Part shown: positions 59,705 through 64,000 of the stretch, one piece after another
Numbering within the stretch: the stretch's first letter is position 1
Layout: each line of letters starts with the position of its first letter
Source: an uncultured Spirochaetota bacterium
GTDB taxonomy: Bacteria; Spirochaetota; Spirochaetia; SZUA-6; Fen-1364
Length of the DNA stretch: 64,000 nt
NCBI GenBank assembly: GCA_963734545.1
Contig: CAVTHO010000005.1
Location: 480,001 to 544,000, forward strand
Direction: 5' to 3'
The notes under the pieces: model-generated
Databases searched by the model: none
What the model was told of the DNA's origin: nothing
What the model saw: only the letters and a program-made list of their open reading frames with translations
Translations under genes and position numbers: made by a program

Positions 59705-60734
59705 CTAGGGAACTATCACGCTGCGGATGCCTGCCCCGCCCCTCTCAAGCTCGTCCAGCGTCTTGTTGATCGCGTCTGCATCGAGGGGGAGGGAGCGGGT
59801 GACCACGTGCGTGGTGTCCAGCACGCCGCGCCTGGCCATCTCGATCACCGTGGGCAATTCCGACAGAAGATGGTCGCTGCAGCCGATGATCTCCGCCTCG
59901 TTCCCCAGCACCTCACGATACGTGTCGATCGTGACAGGCTCGTCGCTGATGCCGACCAGGACGGCCCGGCCCATGGGCGTGAGACAGCGCACCGCCTGCT
60001 GCATGGTCAGGGGGCTGCCGAGCATCTCGATTGCCACGTCGACGCCCCGGCCCGCCGTGAGCCGCCGGATCTCCGCCACCGGGTCGACTTTCCGCGCGTG
60101 CACGGGGAGCGCGCCGTACCGGGCGGCGAGATCGAGGCTTTCCTCGCGGATGTCCACCGCGAACACCTCGAGGGCGCCGAATGCCCGGGCAAGCTGGACT
60201 GCGGATATTCCGAGCCCGCCCACACCGATGATCGCGGCGGTCTCTCCCGCCCGCAGCCGGGACTTGCGAAGCGAGTGAAACGCTGTTGCCGATGCGCACA
60301 TCAGGGTGGCGCCTTGCGCAAAGGGAATCTCGCGTGGAAGCAGGAGGGCATTGACGCGCGGGAACAGCGATGTACTCCGCGTAACCGCCGCTCGTGAAAT
60401 GCCCTATCATGAGCACGCGGGGGCAGAACTGCTCGTTCCCCGTGCGGCAGAAGCCGCATTCTCCGCAGGTGATGTTGTAGTGCAGGCACACGCTGTCGCC
60501 CGGCTTCAGGTTCCTGACCCTGGCTCCCGCGCGTTCCACGATACCTGCCACCTCGTGCCCGAGCGTCATGGGAAGAGGGCGCACGGGGGACCTGCCGGCC
60601 CGGTAGTGCGCGTCGGAATGGCAGATGCCGGCGGCACGCACGCGGACAAGGACGTCCCTCTCTCCGATCTCCGGAACCGGGATCTCCTGCAGGGCCAACG
60701 GCGATCCCACCTTCACCAGCCGCACCGCTTTCAT
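59705..60734 (-). CDS. Zn-dependent alcohol dehydrogenase family (one frameshift near 60355)
   Basis: GICHSD, LGHEVAG, CGECGFC...C, GVGGLG. Confidence 0.9.
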
Positions 60735-60827
60735 GCGCACGTCCTCCCTCCGCGTGCCGGCACTATATGTCAGGGACGCCTTCTTGTAAAACGATCGTGG
60801 AGAAGGGAATGAAAACCACGCGCCGTT

Positions 60828-63281
60828 TCAGCGGCCGGCGGGACGGACTCTCGTGCGCGCCCATTCCATTGCCCAGATGGCGAGCGGGCGCATGTAGGCA
60901 AGCGCGCGGTAGCTGCCGTCCCCGTTCCACGCCTCCGGGGTCTGGAACCAGTACCCCAGTTCCTCCCAGCCCATCCGATAGATGCCGTGCGCCGTGCGGA
61001 AAGCCTCATCGCGCATGCCTTCCTGCAGCATGGACGCGGCCAGAGCGTATGTCGTGCCTGTCCAGACTTCCCGGGACTGCTGGTCCGAGGTGTCCACGAT
61101 CCCGTGGGGCCTCATCCCGTTCACCGCGCCCATCCGGCCCGCCCTGTGCTTCATCACGTTGAAATCGAAGATCGTCGCGAGCGCGCTCCGGGCGTGCTCA
61201 TCCGGCACGATCGAAGGAAGGCCGCACGCACGGGCGTACCAATGGCCGGCAAGCTGATCCGCCATGATGCTGTCATGGTGCCGGCTTTCGCTGCCGTCGT
61301 AGTTGTAGTAGGCGCCGTTCCAGAGCTTAGCCTCGTAGGCCGTCATGCCCCGGGCAAGCCGGGCGCGGAATGCGCGCGCCGCCTCGGCGTCTCCCGCGGC
61401 ATCGCCCAGGACTGCGGCGGCGCTCAGGCTCGCCAGCCACAACCCGGCCGAATAGGCGCTCGCTCCCTTCACCGACCAGGTATCGTAGGTCTGATCGGGA
61501 ATCCCCTCGTTCTCGATCAGGCCGTCCCCGTCGTGGTCGAACTGCTCCATGAAAAGCATGGCTTCCTGGACGGCAGGCCACACCTCTTCCACGAAGCCGC
61601 GATCACCGGTTGCCGCCCAGTCCCGGCAGATCTGGAGAACGAACTTGGGATTGAGGTCTTTCCAACGGCCGGTGTCCTGCATCAGGTACGCATTGACCTT
61701 CCGCCACGGGTCTTCGCCGGGCATGCCCAGGTCATGCGGGATGGCGCCGCGCAGCTTGCGGGGAACTCTGGCGCCCGAGAACCAGAGCGCGCGAAGCTCC
61801 GGGTGCTCGACCCGAAGCGCAGCGGCGAAGTCGCGCTGGACGGCCAGCTCGAGCGACGGCCACAGCATGGCCAGGGCAAAGGACGCGTAGAAATGGACGT
61901 CGTACGTGTTGAACATCCGGTACTCGTGGCCCTCCAGGTAGGCGAAATGCCCGACATCCTCCTCCGGCGGCAGAGGGTGCCCTTCCTCCCCGTCCGTCCA
62001 GATGGTTCCTCCGTCCACGACGTAGTACAGCTCGTTGAAAAGCGCGCTCTTGTACCAGTCGGGAATGCTCGTATCGTCAAGAATCGGCTGCTGCCAGGCC
62101 TCAATCCGCTTCTCCCAGTCCGGATAGTCCCGCAGGGCATCGCGCGCCAGCCGGGGCGCTGCCTCGCCTTCCCGGCCGTAGTACCGGGTGTAGCGGCGAT
62201 ACCACGCCCGCCCTTCACCGAATCGCGCCAGCGGCATGTCCCAGCACAGCGCAAACGCGAGCTCGCGCTTCTCCCCCGGAGGCACGGTGACTGTTGCGGC
62301 AAGCGCGGCGCCGACCGCGATCCCGGGAAGCGAGGGCGCGCCGTCGGCGTCCTCGTCCAGCCGTCCGGCTCGAGAGAAACCCGTCCACACGTCTGAGCCC
62401 TCACCGTTGGCCGCAAAGCAGGCACGGGAGCTGACAAGGACGCCCGGCCGCTCTTGAACGGCGATTGCGAAGGTGAGCGGGTCCCGGTAGGTCGCCGGCG
62501 CCTGCTGCTGCCCCGGCGCGCGCAGGCCGTTCTGGCGGTGAGCATGAGCCAGCCTGATGCCGGCAATGGCCCCCCCGTCCGCCTCGAGGCGGAAGCGGTG
62601 GTTGACATGGCCCCCGGCAAGATCGTTGGGCGCACCGATTCCGTTCTGGAAGGTCAGCATCAGGCTGACCTGCGCTGGTTCCGCGCCCATGTTCTCAATG
62701 GTCCATGCGAAAACTCCGGCCGGTACGGTGCTCACGCGGTAGTCGTGCGGAATGACCGGCGACACCTGGCGGCACGTCAGCCGAAGACCCGGCACGGGAT
62801 TCTCGTAGGTTGTCCACGCCCGGGGAAAGAGCGCGTGGTAGGTGGCGCAGGCGCCGTCCATGCCCCATTCCCAGCTCCGCAGGACGGCGGGCCCCGGCCG
62901 GCCGGGATACAGGACACGCGCCTGGGCGGGCCGGCCTTCGCGCACCACCGCGACGGAGAACTGGTCTGCCGGCACGGCGCCGTAGCTGTAGCAGCCCGGC
63001 TGCATCTGCCAGCGCGCGAAGTCTCCCCGCCAGCCGCGCGTCACGGTGCCGCCCCCGATGCCGCCCAGCGGAACCCCCTGCAGCGGTCCTGCCTGCCGGG
63101 GGTCGAATGAGACAAGCATCGATTGCCGCCCCATCTTCCGATCCCGCGCCAATGCCGCGCGCAGTCGAAAAAAGGAGGGCACGAGCCGGACGAGCGAGCG
63201 GAGCGCCCAGAAGGCCGGCCTCCCGGGCTGTTCCGGCATCCGATCCAGTCGACGCTGCCATGCGGCCGAGGGGATGTCCAT
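60828..63281 (-). CDS. GH116 beta-glucosidase / non-lysosomal glucosylceramidase-like
   Basis: GVPLGGIGGG, SALFNELY, FAYLEG, NTYDVHFY, PHDLG, WKDLN, PDQTYDTW, DQLAG, EVWTG, FQTPEA, YMRPLAIW. Confidence 0.93.
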   Translation of the reverse strand: MDIPSAAWQRRLDRMPEQPGRPAFWALRSLVRLVPSFFRLRAALARDRKMGRQSMLVSFDPRQAGPLQGVPLGGIGGGTVTRGWRGDFARWQMQPGCYSYGAVPADQFSVAVVREGRPAQARVLYPGRPGPAVLRSWEWGMDGACATYHALFPRAWTTYENPVPGLRLTCRQVSPVIPHDYRVSTVPAGVFAWTIENMGAEPAQVSLMLTFQNGIGAPNDLAGGHVNHRFRLEADGGAIAGIRLAHAHRQNGLRAPGQQQAPATYRDPLTFAIAVQERPGVLVSSRACFAANGEGSDVWTGFSRAGRLDEDADGAPSLPGIAVGAALAATVTVPPGEKRELAFALCWDMPLARFGEGRAWYRRYTRYYGREGEAAPRLARDALRDYPDWEKRIEAWQQPILDDTSIPDWYKSALFNELYYVVDGGTIWTDGEEGHPLPPEEDVGHFAYLEGHEYRMFNTYDVHFYASFALAMLWPSLELAVQRDFAAALRVEHPELRALWFSGARVPRKLRGAIPHDLGMPGEDPWRKVNAYLMQDTGRWKDLNPKFVLQICRDWAATGDRGFVEEVWPAVQEAMLFMEQFDHDGDGLIENEGIPDQTYDTWSVKGASAYSAGLWLASLSAAAVLGDAAGDAEAARAFRARLARGMTAYEAKLWNGAYYNYDGSESRHHDSIMADQLAGHWYARACGLPSIVPDEHARSALATIFDFNVMKHRAGRMGAVNGMRPHGIVDTSDQQSREVWTGTTYALAASMLQEGMRDEAFRTAHGIYRMGWEELGYWFQTPEAWNGDGSYRALAYMRPLAIWAMEWARTRVRPAGR

Positions 63282-63402
63282 GCAGGAGTCATTGTACAGG
63301 ATACACCGGGTCTCGAACAAGGAAAGAGCCGGTGCAGGAGGCCGCGACGGGGGTGGCCGCGAGGGGGCGCCGTTATTAGCTTACAGCACGGAGGGCGGCA
63401 GC

Positions 63403-63784
63403 ATGGAGCGAATATCGTCAGGATCACCTTTCGAGCCCGTGGTGGGATACAGCAGGGCCGTGCGGGCCGGGAGCGTCATCGAGATTGCGGGCACGGTCGC
63501 GACCGACGAAAACGGAAAGGCCGTGGCAGCGGGCGATCCCTACCAGCAGACGCGCTTCATCCTGTCCAAGATTCTCGCCTATGTGGCCAGGGCAGGCGGC
63601 AGGCCCGAGGACGTGGTGCGCACCCGGATGTTCGTCACCGACATCTCGAGGTGGAAAGAGATCGGCAGGGCTCACGGCGAGGTCTTCGGTGACAATTCGG
63701 CCTGTGACCACGATGGTCGAGGTGAAGGCGCTCATCTCGAGCGAATACCTCGTGGAGATCGAGGCGACCGCGATCATCGAGTAG
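63403..63784 (+). CDS. RidA/YjgF family protein (one frameshift near 63695)
   Basis: MERISSGSPFEPVVGYSRAVR...AGT...DVVRTRMFVTD...HGEVF then IRPVTTMVEV...LVEIEATA. Confidence 0.85.
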
Positions 63785-63852
63785 CCGGGCCGCCGCGGCC
63801 GGCCGATCACGCGGCAGCCGGCCGGTCCGGCGGCGGCGCGCGGATATCCGCG

Positions 63853-64000
63853 CTACGCCGATGCGCCCGAGTAGCGCTTTATGCCCGCGCGCCAGAAGAG
63901 GTGCGCCAGGATGAAGAGTCCCGCGGCGAACGCCCACGCGCCGATCAGGGTCCGCCACGTGAGCTTGCCCGCCAGGGCCTCGGCAGGCACTGTCACGGCG
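63853..64000 (-). CDS. 3' end of an ABC-2 type permease (partial)
   Basis: ...VPAEALAGKL...LFWRAGIKRYSGASA* C-terminus typical of ABC-2 family permeases. Confidence 0.7.
   Translation of the reverse strand, partial: AVTVPAEALAGKLTWRTLIGAWAFAAGLFILAHLFWRAGIKRYSGASA

Overview
GC-rich bacterial chromosomal segment. The gene content (two MCPs, a sigma-54 promoter, PTS-IIA/PII pair, sugar catabolism) is compatible with an anaerobic or facultative free-living bacterium, possibly Spirochaetota; that placement is an inference only. The window holds about 58 mostly housekeeping or metabolic genes: metE and yitJ-like methionine genes, aroC, a PTS-IIA + PII-like + flavoprotein/DUF1667 cluster, fabH/D/(G remnant)/F, ptb, a Crp island, two divergent tRNAs (Leu-CAA and CAT, probably Ile2), an arabinose operon, a phytol-kinase-like + DUF92 pair, proBA, TlpA/MauE, LacI, a two-component/PP2C pair, glgX, a radical SAM protein, YhaO/YhaN-like nuclease/ATPase, RNase D, a GH4, an algF-I-J module divergent from two secreted lipases, and a GH116. 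No transposase, integrase, CRISPR or prophage was seen. Many genes carry single-base frameshifts that look like read or assembly errors. The most unusual signals are non-coding. (1) A dispersed REP-like hairpin family with covarying stems and nested cassettes, one array of which sits in-frame inside a nuclease gene. (2) A second hairpin motif with a GGA loop that occurs as a covarying tandem in a 5'UTR and as a recursively nested hairpin between the tRNAs. (3) Repeated promoter-to-start-codon geometry implying leaderless mRNAs.
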